DNA of 64,000 bases, taken from positions 53,322,001-53,386,000 of the forward strand of contig NC_087437.1 in NCBI RefSeq assembly GCF_036321535.1, in the 5' to 3' direction. A program made the translations under genes and the position numbers. Source of the stretch: Camelus dromedarius. Its lineage: Eukaryota. The notes under the pieces were generated by a model, which was not told where the DNA came from, did not search any database, and was given only the letters and a program-made list of their open reading frames with translations. The stretch's first letter is position 1. Each line of letters begins with the position of its first letter. Positions 39,419 through 53,274 of the stretch are shown piece after piece.

Positions 39419-42400
39419 TCAGTGGCAGGTGCTCACCTGGAGGTGCTCCAGGACCACCGAGCAAAGGCAATTATTTAAATGCCCATGCAAATCCCCTCCC
39501 AGGGAAACTCCTGAGTTGCACTCCAGCACCTCCCTGCCTGGCTCACCACCTCCCAGCACTTAGCTGCCAGTCGACTACTCTGACCTGTGCCTACAGCTCC
39601 TCATCCCCGCGTCCGGCCTTGTGGATTTCCTCGGGTTGGCCACTAGCACAGGGAACAGGGCAGGATCCATAGGTGCTTTTCCACAATATCACTATCGCCC
39701 TCTCTCCTTCTGTTCCCTCCTGTTGCTAGAAGTGACTGACACACGGCTCTCTCTTTGCCAGCATGTTGGCGCAAAAAATGCAGTCACACTCTTCCAGAAA
39801 TAGTGTTCTATTTCTTCTCTCTAAGTGGTAATATTCTTACCCGATGCTAGGAATATTAAGTGTATAATCTCATGCAATGCTCTCCACAATGCTTTGAAGT
39901 ATGCACTGCTATTGTTAAGCCTTTCGCAGATGAGTAAACCAACTCAGAGGGGTTAAGTCAGTTGTCAAAGGTGATAAAGTTAAGGAGCCCTCACTCTTAG
40001 TCACTGGGCTCCGTTGTGTCTGCACGGGCTAACTGAAGGCACAGACCGTATCTTAGCCACATGGTATTCCCCACGGTACCTTTTCTGCTTTCAGTACTAC
40101 TGTGTTACTGGGGTTATTAAGAGCTCCCATTTATCAGGAGCATGCCAGGCCCTATGCTGAGTGTTTGCAATCTTATCTCAGTAAATCTTCCTCACATCTT
40201 TACTAGCCTAGTTTTGTTGCTAGATGAAGAAACGAAGGCTTAGCGTAATCGAATCTCTAGTTAGGTCACACAGCTAATAAAGTTTTGAAGAAACGCTACC
40301 AGCTGAGAGGCTTGCCGGATTCAAGACAAGTGGAGACGTGGTCTCTCTTACAGGTCATCCACTAGCCTCACACACTTCCCCCTCAGCAACGAGAAGTCTA
40401 ATCAAGACAACCTATGGAGAAGAATGGCCTGTTAGTTTGCTGGTTATTCACTGTTAATCCTTTTGAGAGTCCAGATAAGTCTCTGGAAACTGGGAGAAAC
40501 CTCCTGTCCTACAAGTGGCAAGTGGCCCACCGTGTCCCCTCCTAGTAGTCGCTGAGCTGTCCTTCGCCCACTCACACGTGTGCGTACACATGTCCACGCT
40601 GCTCGCCTGCACTGTTCGGCTCCCAATCCCAAGATGATTCATTTTATTTTTTAACCATTGGTGCGTTTTGTCTATTCAATAAATGATAAAGTGGTCTCAA
40701 AACTAAGTCACCTGAGAAGCCGAAGGAACAGAGAGGCTGGTGGCCCGAGAAGGGTGGCAGACTCGAACACGGATGTCTCTAAATGCCTAGGGCCCAACAC
40801 ATGGACCAGGGAATCAATTTCATCTGTGTGGGTCCTGAAAGGAGACTCTGCATCCGTTGGCAAGGTAACGAGGTGGGCAGGTGTTGGCGTGAAATGAAGG
40901 AAACTAGTAACTTTCGAGTTACTAGAGTGATTCATAATAAACGGGCTGCCACAGGGGTGGAGAGATACCTGTATCTGAATGTCCTCAGGCAGACTCCAGA
41001 CACTGGAAGGGGCTCTGAGTTGAGTGGGAGTCTGGCCAGGAACCCCTCAGTGATCACGTACAGAGCTCAGTCTGTGCTGGACAGGAGGCAGGTGCTGGGG
41101 ATATAAGATTGAAAATGACATAAACACTGCTGTCCTCTGAGAACCGTCTCAGCTCAGGATTGTGTTCCCCTGTATTTAACGCAGGCTGAGGGCAGGAACA
41201 CAGCTTACACTTCTCTCGTGTGTGCACAATAACTAGCGTAGTGCTGTGGAGACAGACCCAAGAATGAGCATCTGAAGACAGGAGGGACACCTTCCATCTG
41301 TGTATCCTTAGCACCGAGCACAATGGACATGTCCAAGAAATAGTTTTGATGTTAACGGATGTACATCCAGAGACTACTCAATACAAGTCAATAAATGGAT
41401 CCAAAGAACCTACAATATTAACTCACTATCAAAAGGACCCATTCCAAACTCCAGGAAATGTCCAAATTTACTAAGGGGCAGTGAGCTGCTTGATTCCAAA
41501 GGTCTCAGTATAACCAGACGACCCTTGGACAGTAAGGCCACAGCTCCTCTGAACCTCTCCGTGTCCAAAGGCCCCAGACGGCACACCAAGGGGCTCATTA
41601 GAAGACAATGGTTTCACCACTCACCTTCTTGTCTGAAGAGTGCCACTCACTCTGAAGCTATCAAAAGGTGATGACAGAAACCAGCAGGAGAGATGGATGT
41701 GATTCTCTGCACTGAAAAACATTTAACCAGAAATGATGTAATCATTTACCTTTTATTTACTTCCTAAACCTGAGGTAGAGATAATTTCAACACCAGCTGA
41801 GTCATCCCCAAAACCAACAGGTAAAAGTCTTTCCTGCAAAACTGATTTTTTAGATATTTTCCACTGACTGAAATTAGATGGGTAAACTAGCTTTTTAAAT
41901 TCTTTTAATTGTTAACCTAACATACATTTTCTTATTTCTTTTGCTTTTCTTCAAATACAGCAGATAGCTATATTTCCTGTTATTAAGAAAAATGATTTAT
42001 TCACTTACAGGCAGTGCCCAGGCGCCAACCCTCCTCGGCTTTTGGGGGACCTTATATTCTTTTGGCTTGAGGTTAATAGAGAAAAAGTAATTGGGCTAAA
42101 TCCAGGCTCCACTACTGTGTGATTTGGGCAAGTTGCAGAACCTCTCTGAGTCTTCATTTCTTCCTCTGTAAGGAAGGGAAGATGAGAAGAGCACAGCCCT
42201 CCTGGAGCTATGAGGATTGAAGCACAATGCCTCTTACAGAATGAGGAATCGATAGCATTTGCTCTGATGATGACATTTTCTGAAGGAGAAGCTGTTCCAG
42301 CCTCCTAAAATCCAAATCTCCCCATCCTTTCTTTTATGCTAAAATGGTTCTCTCTTTTGTGAGACAGACTGAGTGGGTGTCAAGGCCACACTAAGCAGCA

Positions 42401-45400
42401 TGTAGGAGGAAGTCTTCTTCCAAACAAAAGAGAATGAAATGTTTCCCATAGTTTCCTGTGTGATAATGAAAGCCTCCTGCAAGAATCACCGTGTTCTGGA
42501 GGCTGATTCACAAGATGTTCAACAGCCAAATGGTAAAAAAAGAAAAAAAAAAATTCCTTGAAAGAGTAGAAAGATTTAATGAAGTACAAACTCTTTTTTC
42601 TATTCTGGGTCTTGATCATGCCCCTTCCCCAGGGCTGGGACTAGGATCCAGCAAAGGAGAGGACTAAGGCACCCATTTTAAGGAGGTGGGACCCTGAGAA
42701 TATGCGCCTCCTTAAATTTTACCCCTGCACCCTCTCCCCTGCCCCTCCCTACTCCAGGCCCTGCTGTCCCCCATTTATTCCCTCATGTGCATTCCTTTTC
42801 AGGGTTTGGATTTTCAGAGCCAGGTCACAGTTATAAACGCAGGATTGGTGGTCAGCTTACCAAGCCCCTTCTCCACCCAAGAAAGGAAGTGATCACCTTT
42901 GATCACTGTGGTCTAATACTTTTTGCCATGTTCGGCTCAGAGCAATGCCTCCCAACTTTGGTGCGTTGGCACTGAGTACAAAGGGCTCTACCATATGACT
43001 TCCAGGGCAACTGGTGCTCAGTTACCTTTGTAAGAGTTCTGATGGGTCCTTGGAGAAGGGCAATTTGCATTCCGTGGACCGATGTTTGACACTGGAGATA
43101 TAAATGCCGATCTCTCTCCACAGAATATACGCTGTGATCATTTCATATACCCTATAGTTCTTTTCTGATCAGATGTTGCTGGACCAAGTGATTCAAGGGC
43201 AGCTCCTTTGGGGCAGATGGTGCCTTCTCCTCACTCTGTGTCCAGGCACCTGGAGTTCAATACATACCCACAGGAATGAAGATACACCAGGCTTATCAGG
43301 AATTAATGCTTAGCTTCTTAGGGCCTAGGCCCTTTAAGTACGAGAAAGGGCAGAGCCAGGGATCTGGCCCAAAGATTTAAACACCAACCACTGCCACTTC
43401 CTCTCTGCAAAAACCAATTGTTCCTCTGGCTTGTGCTGACGTGCACCTGTTCATGTCCTGTTTTGCGAGAGGCTGGGTTTCTAGCTCTCACCTGAGCTCT
43501 CGCTGCCTGACTCAATGCTTCCCCACTTCTAGCTCTGTCCGTCCGTTCCGAGACCCATGTCCTTCGGCAGGACCCCGACAGAACCAACCCCCAGCAACTT
43601 TGACCCTACGCTTGCCGCAATGCTTCTTGTCCTGGCTCCTGACTGGCAACTATTAAAGCTGAATTCTGCCTTGGAAGTTTGAATGCACTGCTGCCCCAGT
43701 GGAGAGCCCTACTGACAAGTGCAGGGGACCTGGTCGCATCCTCAGCTGCCATCTTGGAACTCCGCCATGGGCCGCATGGGGCTCCACACAGCAAGCTCTG
43801 CCCAGCACCCTACTGCCACCTCCTGGAGGTTGGTGATCCTCTCAGATCTTTGGGACTGCTCTTCCCAACAGGCTCTAATAAGCCCCTGTTATCCTCAATA
43901 TGCTAACAGGCATTGCTTTAATGCAGTGATGTGGCTTTCAAAGAAAAATGCACAGGTAAGTTATTAAAATAATGAGACGGATGACCAGAAAGTGGAGTAA
44001 ATGCTTATCTCCTCTTGCTCTGCCAAGAAGCTGGAGCCAGGTGGATGAAACTGAGCCACGATCTCTCATGGGTACATGCATTCAGAGTGTGAAAATCTTT
44101 CAAAGTTTGCAAGTGCTGTCATCGGGCATGCTTGAACACCTATAGCCTCCCTTTGGCATCCTTTGCTACAGCTTTCTTGGAAAACATATCAAAAGGTCAT
44201 CTGGTTTTTTCTTGACTGTCAGTAAGTAAATGGCAACCTTTCTTTCTCCAACTGAAAAAAATTTAAATAAGAGACCATTTTATTCATCTTGACAGCAATG
44301 CTATTTTAGTTTGAGAATTAGACACATAGAATAGTTGATTAAAGTCAAAGATATTCATAAAATACAATAAAAAAGAGTTCTGACGGTTTCCCCATGTCTA
44401 AACTCCCAGAAAACTCAGCATGGAAACAGTAGCAGAGGAAAAGAGAAAACAGCTGGTCTGTCAACACACACCAGTTAAATGGAAGGGAAGAAACTGGCGT
44501 AGCCTTTCTGATAAGCAATTGGGCCAGAGAAATTAAGAGTTTCATTGTAATTGACTGTACTTCAATAAATAAATAAATAAAATTAATTTTAAAAAAGAGT
44601 TTCAAAAATGTCCACATCGTATGAATAAAAAATTTCACTAACAAGACTCTATCCCGAAAAAATAACTAGAAAGCCAACGATTCCTGAATAAAAACCTTCA
44701 TTGCAACTTTGTCTATTAGAGTGTTCAACTGAGAACAAAATAAATGTCCAAAAGAAGAGAATGGTTAAATAAACTATGATACACACAACAGATCATACGT
44801 AGTCATTATAAGCATGTTTTTTCAAGTCTATTTAATGACATGGGAAAGTATTCAATTTACAATGTTAAATGAAAAAAGAATACAACGTTGGCCATGAGTA
44901 TGATTGTACTATACTAAAACTGTATTAAAATATTAAGTCTTTGTGTAGAAAAAAACATGGAAATGCACCAAAACATTAACACTGTTTATCTCTGGGTAAT
45001 GAGACTGTGGATGTTTTGTTTCCCCATTTATATGTGGTAGGATGACAGGTGAGATGTTAATTGCTCTTTACTACATGCTTTGTTTCTCCAGCATCAGCAA
45101 AACAGGACAATACCTGGTGCTTTAGAAACTGCCACCCGTCAAAGATCCAAGAACAAAAGAAATGCTCCAAGTATAAGACAGAAATGATCAGAAAGGATGG
45201 TCAGACAGACCTTTTTTTCCCCCTCTCCCGACCCTCGGGTTGAGATGGCAATAGAACCACCCCTAGAACAGCGTGGGGATCCCACAGCAGAGGAGCCCGG
45301 AGCTGCACGTTGTGGGTGGGGAAGGGGAAGGGGCACACGGGTAGCACAAGGAGACGTCAAATCCCAGGGAGAAGCCCCCGGAGTAGCAGGGCGGCCCTAG

Positions 45401-47429
45401 AGCAATGGAGGGGCCTTGACGGCAGCATCTAAGCAGGTGAGCCTGAAGGCAGCTTCAGGAAGCCCCCGCAGCCTGGGCAGGCACAGCAGCCGCATTTCCC
45501 CAAGCTTAACGAGGGTAGCGCTGAGCTGAGAAAAAGCCTGTGGTCCAGACAGGGTCCCACAGCTGAGTAAGGGAACCCTGATCGCAGGATGCAGGACGAC
45601 TGTCTTGCTATGGGTTAGATGGGGGCAAGCCGGACCTGCCAGGTGGATGTGTCTGGGGACCACATGAGAAAGGCTACCTGGCAGAAGATCTAAGGCAAAG
45701 CTGGACACCCCTCTCTGACCTTGGCTAAGGTCAAGTATTAGCATAAGTCTCCTCCTTTCCACTTCAGGCTTTCTTCTTACCCCAGTGGGGAGAAGAAGCA
45801 TAAGGGCAAACCTAACTTGGACTGCGTTTCAACCCAAGCATGTGGGAAATCAGCTACTTGGGAGTGATTAGATCATATTTTCACAAAAGAGGGATCAGAG
45901 TCAGAAATTCAATTGTGTTACGGAAAATAAATTTATATTTATATGCTGAAGCTTATGACATTTCAAATAAGTACTCACTGTATATATTTTTGTGATTTTC
46001 AAATTCTTAGTAATGACCATATTTTGTATTTTAAATGATTATTTTAAAGAAAAGCATAGCAGCCACGAAAAGGTGCTGGTGAGTCAAGACCCTGAAGGAC
46101 GTGGGGCATACGGCCAATGGGAAGTGCCCTAGTTCTGAGGCTCATCCTGCTGGGTGACCAGAGCTGGTTTTGTGTCTCCGAGGGCCAGGACCCCCGCCTC
46201 TCAGAGGGAACACGGAGTCCTGATTTCCCCTTCTGGGCCTCTGGTGCTCAGGTTCTGTATGAGTGCGTGAGCGGCTGGGAGCGAACGTGAAAACAGTGCT
46301 TACACCACCTTCTCCGCCCATCACGGGCTCCCCTCACTGACCTCCCTCCCCCCAGCAAGTCAATATTATCAAGCTTCCCTGAGGAAACCCCCCGCCCCTT
46401 TTTAAACCAAGTTTTGTTCTCTGAAGCAACAGCAAACAACAGAGCAAATCCACCCCCACACGAAGATGACCTCTAAGTATTTGGAGGACACGTTGGTCTC
46501 TGCATTAGGGCTTCTGAGCTCCAAGCTAAACCAAGCTGGGCCCTCGTATGATATTTTCCAAGCCTCTCGCTATCTCGCCCACCCTTCCTTGGGGGTCATA
46601 CTTGGGATTGTCAAGGGTCACTTGAGAGGTGGGCCAGAACCAACACTGTGCCCTGTGCTCTGGCCACCAAGGCTCACTCGAATTCTAAAGCTCTGAAGGG
46701 CCTGAAGGAGGCATCTGCATTCCTAGTGCCCCCACAGAGTCCCAGCCAGCAGGGCAGGACTCAGACCCAGAGCTTTGCTGTTCAGCAAGGGCTCCCCCCG
46801 TTGCACTCATCCACTGGCTGGCAGCATGGGTCGCGGGAGCACGGGGTCACTGGGGACACATGGCCACTGGTGCCAATCATGCTCAGCCACCCAGGAGACC
46901 CAAGTCAGGGTGTGTCCATGCAGGGTACTGGCTATGGGTCTAGAGAGAAGGGGCCGAGGGAGTGGAGAAGCTCTGCTGGCCGTAGCCCTCCTGGCCCTGA
47001 CGCAGGAAACCCTCCTCTCCCCATCCCCAGCTTTAGGCAGAAATCTCTCCCTTCCTTTCTTCTTTCCTCCAAGAATCTCACCCAAGATCTTGGCATCTCC
47101 CGTGGCTCTCCCACTCATTCTAGATTATTGGTACCTTTGCTGCATCTGTGGGCCCTGTTCTTCCTCCAGGAGATCACTGTCTCTGACATCAGAGGATTTT
47201 ATCAAATTGCTGAATATCCCTGCTTCCCTGCCCCCTACCCTGCCCCCAACCACAGATCCCATGGCGTGCTCAGCTCAGCACTCCAAGGCCAGCTGTGCTG
47301 GCCCCTCCTCACCTCCGTGCTCACCCCTTCCTCTCAGCTGCCTCCTCTCTTTGCTGCTGTTATCATGTTCTGACTCTGGATCATCCCCCAGCCCACCCCC
47401 AACCTGCCACCCGCCTGCTCCCAAACAGC

Positions 47430-47590
47430 ATTGACTTTGGCAGATTTCTTGGAGGCTCTGCGATGTCCTAACCTGTTTGCTTTTCCAGGACTGGTGTTTG
47501 CAGAGGGTATTTTTTTGGAACCAGAACAGAAATCATCCCACATCCTTACGCAAGTCTTCCGCAGGCTCCAACAGATATATAAAGCCTTTG
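47430..47590 (+). promoter_or_regulatory. AHSG liver-type proximal promoter
   Basis: TATATAAA 47576-47583; C/EBP-type TTACGCAA 47546-47553; FOXA-type TGTTTGC at 47474 and 47495; HNF4-like TGACTTTG at 47432 overlapping an NF1 half-site TTGGCA. Confidence 0.8.
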
Positions 47591-47690
47591 GACCCTCCAT
47601 TAGTCTAACTGTCCCAGCAGAGCTCCTGGGTTGGTCCTGAAGTCTCCAGCCACCTGCCTGCCTACCTGCCAAGACCTGTGCAGGGCAGCC

Positions 47691-47903
47691 ATGAAGTCCC
47701 TCATCCTGCTCTTTTGCCTTGCTCAGCTCAGCGGCTGCCTCTCTGTCCCACATGGCCCGATGCCGGGTTATAGGGAGCCGGCCTGTGATGACCCAGAAAC
47801 AGAGCAAGCAGCCCTGGTGGCCGTGGACTACATCAACAAGCGCCTTCTTCGGGGCTACAAGCACACCTTGAACCAGATTGACAGCATCAGGGTGTGGCCG
47901 CGG
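47691..47903 (+). CDS. AHSG: Alpha-2-HS-glycoprotein (fetuin-A) exon 1
   Basis: GCCATGA; MKSLILLFCLAQLSGCLSVPHGPMPGYREPACDDPETEQAALVAVDYINK...VWPR; donor GTAAGT; 213 nt. Confidence 0.97.
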
Positions 47904-49882
47904 GTAAGTGAACCTGCGTGGAGCTCAGCTGATTCTTCCAAGGAGGGAGGCAGAGGGTAGGAGGAGGGCAAGACAGGAGACACTCTGCTCCGCAGTCATG
48001 GGGTCTCAAGGAGGGCACTGGACGGGGTTGGGAGGTGTGAGGAGGAGAAAAGGCTTCATTCAAATGATATTCTAAAGATCAGAGGTAGAAAATATGGCTT
48101 TTAGAATTCGGACCCAAGAGACTGGATTCTAGTTGCCAAATTACCACTGAGTAGAAATACACTTCTTTCTCTGGAGAAAGACTGAGAATGAATGAAACTA
48201 GCATTTGCTAAGTGCCTTTCGTATATATCGTCTCCTTAACCCCACTCAGTCTTGTGGGGTATTCTCCTTGTCTTACATAAGAAGAAACCGAAGGTCTGAC
48301 ATATTAGGGCTTTTCTCTTTTTAGCCCAAGTCATATAATTAGTAAGCAAAGGGCTGGGATTCAATTCCAGACCTGTGGTCCTTCCTCTACACTATCTGCC
48401 TCCCCAAAAAAGGTACTCACCTCCCAAAGAGAAATCTTGGCATGAGTGGATTCAGTCCTTACATGCTAGACAAGAAACCAGTGCCATCTGAAGCTGGTGA
48501 GAATGACGATCAAACTTGGGGATCAGCTGAGAGATTTGGAGAGGTAGAGGAAGGGTGTCTGTCTACTGCCTATTTTGAAATCAGATTTTATATCTGATGA
48601 AGGATCATGCTTTCAGCCAACATTGATTCCAAGCCTTCGATGGGCAAGAACAGTGCTGGGTGCTATGGGAGACATTAGTTTGAGTCATAAGAAATTTCCA
48701 TTTTTGTACATTAAAAGCAGTCAAATACTGGCGTGTTAATGATTCAACCTAGTGCGAAGGTGAGAAAAAGACAGTTAGTGCCCATAAGAGATTTATAATC
48801 TAGGAAGGAAAATAAGGTAAACCTCAGGATGTCTGGATTGACTCTGACATCTGACCTCATAATGGGACAAAATATTTGAAATTACGATTGTTGGCACAAT
48901 GAACTTTAGGAGTACTGAAACCACATTGCAGCACAATGATGGTTCAGAGGAAATACTGATCAATTCAGGGAAAATAATACACAATGTGCATATCTGAGGG
49001 AAATGTAATGAACAACGTTGCGATTTTCACTGACGCGGGGCTTGAAAGTTACTCCTTGAGAAACCCAGGAGCACCTGGTTCCTATTCACTGTAGCTCTGA
49101 GTGTTTTCAGGAAGTTAACTTGGGCACATGTGCACGTCCTAAAACACTGCTTCCTCCAGGAGAGGAGATTGGGAACTAGTGAGGCAGAACTGAAACAAGG
49201 AAGCAAGCAGAACTGGGCTGGAAAAAAAATTCAAAAAAGAGTTACTGTACTTCTGGCTTTTCCGGAATTTGAAGAAAAGATACAGAAACAGGTGATCTGG
49301 CAGGAACAATTCCAAGGAGTCTTACAAGCTCCCCTACCCCAGCCCTCCCCACTACTTCTTCCCCTCTGTGCTAGAATCTTCCTTTGTCAGAGGGAGGCTC
49401 GGCTTCCCTTTCATCATCAGCAGGGGGCAGTAGGGAGCAGCAACTTTGCATCCAGTCATCCGCAAGACAAAAAGCCACAGACAACTTTTCCTTTAGGAAG
49501 GAAAAGAAAATGGGGAAGGAAAGAAAGTAGATGTTGAGAAGGAAGGAAGAAGTGGAGGGAGGTATGGAGAAGATAATGGAGAGGCAGTAAGTTATTCTCC
49601 TACACCACCTGCTTGACCAAGAAAAATCCAAAGCTGTCTTTTTCAAAATCCTGCTTGAAGGGTAGAATTTTATAAGTATGAACACTCACGTTTAGATTCC
49701 AAATACAGCTCAGAGTGATGACCGTGGTTACATCAACCCGCCCAAGCCCACTCTGCCTTCCTTCTCACCCCTTCCTACCGGGCAGGGTGGAGGGAGGAAG
49801 TGGGTTCAAACCCAGTGGGGTGCACACTTGGGTTTGCTCGGCAGGCCCAGGCTGCTCACCTCTTCATTCTCTGTGTCCACAG

Positions 49883-49993
49883 CAGCCCACGGGAGAAGTG
49901 TATGAAGTTGAAATAGACACGCTGGAAACCACCTGCCACGTTCGGGACCCCACACCCCTGGCAAACTGCAGCGTGAGGCAGATGAAAGAGCAT
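49883..49993 (+). CDS. AHSG: AHSG exon 2
   Basis: QPTGEVYEVEIDTLETTCHVRDPTPLANCSVRQMKEH; CAGCAG acceptor; GTGAGT donor; 111 nt. Confidence 0.96.
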
Positions 49994-50343
49994 GTGAGTG
50001 TCCCTCCTAGGGTGACTGTGAGGGGAGCCCCAGCCTGGTTTGCTGTGCCTCTGCAAAGAGCAGGCCTCTTTTATCCAACTTCCTGGCCTGCCTTTATGGC
50101 TAGCCTGTGCAGTTTCTAAAATTGCCATTTGATGGCGCCTCCCCTGGGGCCGATTTTTACCACACTTCACTTTTTTGTTGTAGCCCTCCCTGAAGTCAGA
50201 GAGTGTAATGTTTCGATATCACTCCATGCAGGAGATTTTTTTGAGGCTTACCTTTGACATCCATGCCTGAGGGTTCTGTCCCCCTACCCTGCCCCCTGCC
50301 CCACCTCCCTGGGAGGGCCCTCACTGTGGGTTTCTTTCTCCAG

Positions 50344-50428
50344 GCGGTGGAAGGAGACTGTGATTTCCATGTGCTGAAACAGGATGGCCAGCTTTCTGTG
50401 CTGTCTGCAAAATGTGATTCCAGTCCAG
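50344..50428 (+). CDS. AHSG: AHSG exon 3
   Basis: AVEGDCDFHVLKQDGQLSVLSAKCDSSP(D); 85 nt. Confidence 0.96.
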
Positions 50429-50792
50429 GTAGAGACGATTATTCTCCTTATGATGTTTACCTTGTAGAGAGAGTGAGGAAGGAATGGGAATTGTTTTCAA
50501 CGGGAGTAGTTCTAGACACGTTGATGGTGATGAAAAGGAAAAGCCAAATTTCCTGGATTTGGGATGTTTTAAGGAAGCTGTTCTCATCAAAGGTGAAAAT
50601 CGCCCCCTGGTGAGAGGGGATCCTGCAAAAATGCCCATATGACAGGACTCACATGAAGGTTCAGAAAGAAGCAGAGACTTTGCCTACAGCCATTTGGAGC
50701 ATGTCTTAGCCCTTTTAAATCAGCAGAGCTGGGGCAAATGCTGCAGAGAACTACAGCCCAGAACTAGGTTGATTTCTTCTCTCTGTGCATAG

Positions 50793-50956
50793 ATTCTGCC
50801 GAGGATGTGCACAGGGTGTGTCCAAACTGCCCCCTGCTGGCCCCGCTGAATGACAGCCGGGTGGTGCACGCAGTAGAGGTTGCACTGGCTGCCTCCAACG
50901 CCCAGAGCAATGGCTCCTACTTACAGCTGGTGGAAATTTCTCGGGCTCAATTTGCG
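50793..50956 (+). CDS. AHSG: AHSG exon 4
   Basis: SAEDVHRVCPNCPLLAPLNDSRVVHAVEVALAASNAQSNGSYLQLVEISRAQFA; 164 nt. Confidence 0.96.
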
Positions 50957-52143
50957 GTAAGACTGAGACCCTGCTGATGGATTGGGCAGTTTGATGGCAC
51001 TTTGGGAGTAAATGTGATGAAGCAGGGGTGAGGGACAGAGTGGGTACAGGGACAGCAACAGGAAGGCAAGAAGGGAGAAAAGGGACAGATAGGGTCCTGA
51101 GTGCCCTGAGGACCCACAGGACCATCAGCTCCTCCCTAAGCCGCTTTAACATAAAACCTCCAGATGCTGTATGTCCCCAGTTCCTTGGTTCTTGTTATCA
51201 CCAGGGTGGGAGTTCCCACTTTATCCAGAGCACGCACCGTATAAAGCGCGTGTAATTCATGGGTCTCCACTTGGCCATCGCCCACCACCACTGAACGTCT
51301 GTAGCACTCTCGTAATTGATACTTATAAAGGCACAGATATACTTAAACAGATAGGCATATGATGGTAGAATCCTAAATGCCTTTTGAATCACTGAAAAAA
51401 AAAAACCTAATAGTACTGTGACTAGGTTAGCACATTTGAATGCAACAGAATTCTAGTATTTAAAAAAACTGGTATTCTGGATGCCAGCCATCACATTCTT
51501 GGAATTACACTGTATGGGTAGTAATTTTATGCACCAGACTATGCGATTCTCAGAACACCTCCACCCCAGACTATATCAATAACAGATATTTTATTATTGC
51601 AACTGTCCATATGCTCCAAGAACTATAGGATAGAAAAGCATAAATATCTTCCATATTTTGGTTTATATTTTTTCATTTGACCTGGCTATCTAAAATACGT
51701 GGGAGAGGTATTCATTTCTTTACTTTCCCACCCCTTCTTGGAGGAACCTGAATCTTGGGTCTCAAAGTGCAGGTCCACAAGGGAAGTGTGGTGGGAGGCA
51801 GGGATCCCACTCAGGTCAGTGTAAGGTCAGCCCTCTGGGTTCCTGCTTCCTATCTGAAAACTAACCTCTGCTCTGAATGATGGGCAGTGGATAGCTGCAC
51901 CTCCTTCAGAGAAGACCCAACCCCAACTTCTGGATACAAGCCCTCAAAGCCCAATGTCACTATGACTGCCCTATGTGAGCCACTGGGGGCGTATTTCCTG
52001 GCCACACAGCATGGTCTCTGTGAACGGTGCTCCCTGGACTATGCAATGCCGTGTCCCTCGCTATTTCGCTCTGGCCTCTCCTTCCCTGCCTTTTTCCTGC
52101 TCAGTCATGTTGCTTCATGAACAGCTTCATTTATCCTCATCAG

Positions 52144-52248
52144 CCTCTTCAAGCTGCTGCTGTCTATGTGGAGTTTGCAGTGGCTGCCACTGACTGTGTC
52201 GCCAAAGATGTCACGGACCCAGCCACGTGCAACCTGCTGGCAGAAAAG
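52144..52248 (+). CDS. AHSG: AHSG exon 5
   Basis: PLQAAAVYVEFAVAATDCVAKDVTDPATCNLLAEK; 105 nt. Confidence 0.95.
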
Positions 52249-53187
52249 GTGAGCAGGCCAGGTGTTGTGTCGGCGAAGCAGGTCATGGAACAGAACATCC
52301 TCAGAGCGAGTTTGTATCTTGGAGCTGCGGAAAAGAGAACAGTGCGGAATACCCACTCCCTGTGAGGGCTGGGTCATGCCAGGCCATCCTCTGGGCTGTC
52401 ATCTCCCCTGCTTAAGAGCTGTCACCAAATCTTCTCACCCACAGGAGTCCCCTGGAGTCAGAGAGGCTATTTCCTAATTAAGAGAAGTCATGCCAGGCTG
52501 CTGAGAGTCTAAAGTGTAGATTCCCTAGATATATCTCTGATATGAAATCTTTCAAGTCCTGAAGCCAATAATGCCCAGTTCCAGGAATTGAGCCTAAAGA
52601 AATCATTGCGTTTGACAGAAATATATCTATAAAGATGATTTATCACAGATACAAAATGACCCCAAAAGATCTAAAAGTCCAACAGGAGGGAGTCATTGAA
52701 TAAAATATGGTACATCAGTACATAGAAAAATTAGATACAAATATTATAGATACAAAATAGATACAAAAATTATGTTTTCAAAGGATAAAGAATAAGAGAA
52801 TGCTATCATTATAGTATGTGAAACACAGTGTGTACAATGATAGTCACAGTGATCCCAATTTTTAAATGATTATTTAATAGTATTTAAAAATAAGAAGGAA
52901 ATACATCGATGTTAACAGTTCTCCTGGGTCATACCATTTCTGAGATTATGGTTGATCTCACTCTCAAAGCATTTCTGTATTTTCTACACTCTTTGTAAAT
53001 TATATATTGTATATGTATATATCCTCTATAAGCAGAAACCATAAACTTTAGGGAAAAGTTGTTTTTTTTTTAAGGAATTAAGAATTTAAGGTTTTTTTTT
53101 TCCCCTTGACGTGTTGGAGTATCAGTGAAATGGAGAGAAACCCACTTTTTGAACCAGTTCAAATAACTCCTCTCTTTCTGTGCACAG

Positions 53188-53274
53188 CAATATGGCTTCT
53201 GTAGGGGGACATTCATTGAAAAAGTTGGCGGTGGGGAAGATGTCACTGTGACCTGCACCTTGTTCCCAACACAG
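53188..53274 (+). CDS. AHSG: AHSG exon 6
   Basis: QYGFCRGTFIEKVGGGEDVTVTCTLFPTQ; 87 nt. Confidence 0.96.

Noticed and set aside
46648..47434. Overlapping 241-aa and 219-aa ORFs upstream of AHSG
   Set aside because: No recognisable domain, non-ATG starts, and Pro/Ser/Leu-rich composition expected from GC-rich promoter-proximal DNA.
52732..52768. Three copies of TAGATACAAA
   Set aside because: Local slippage duplication within an old L1 relic; no spacer structure or functional sign.
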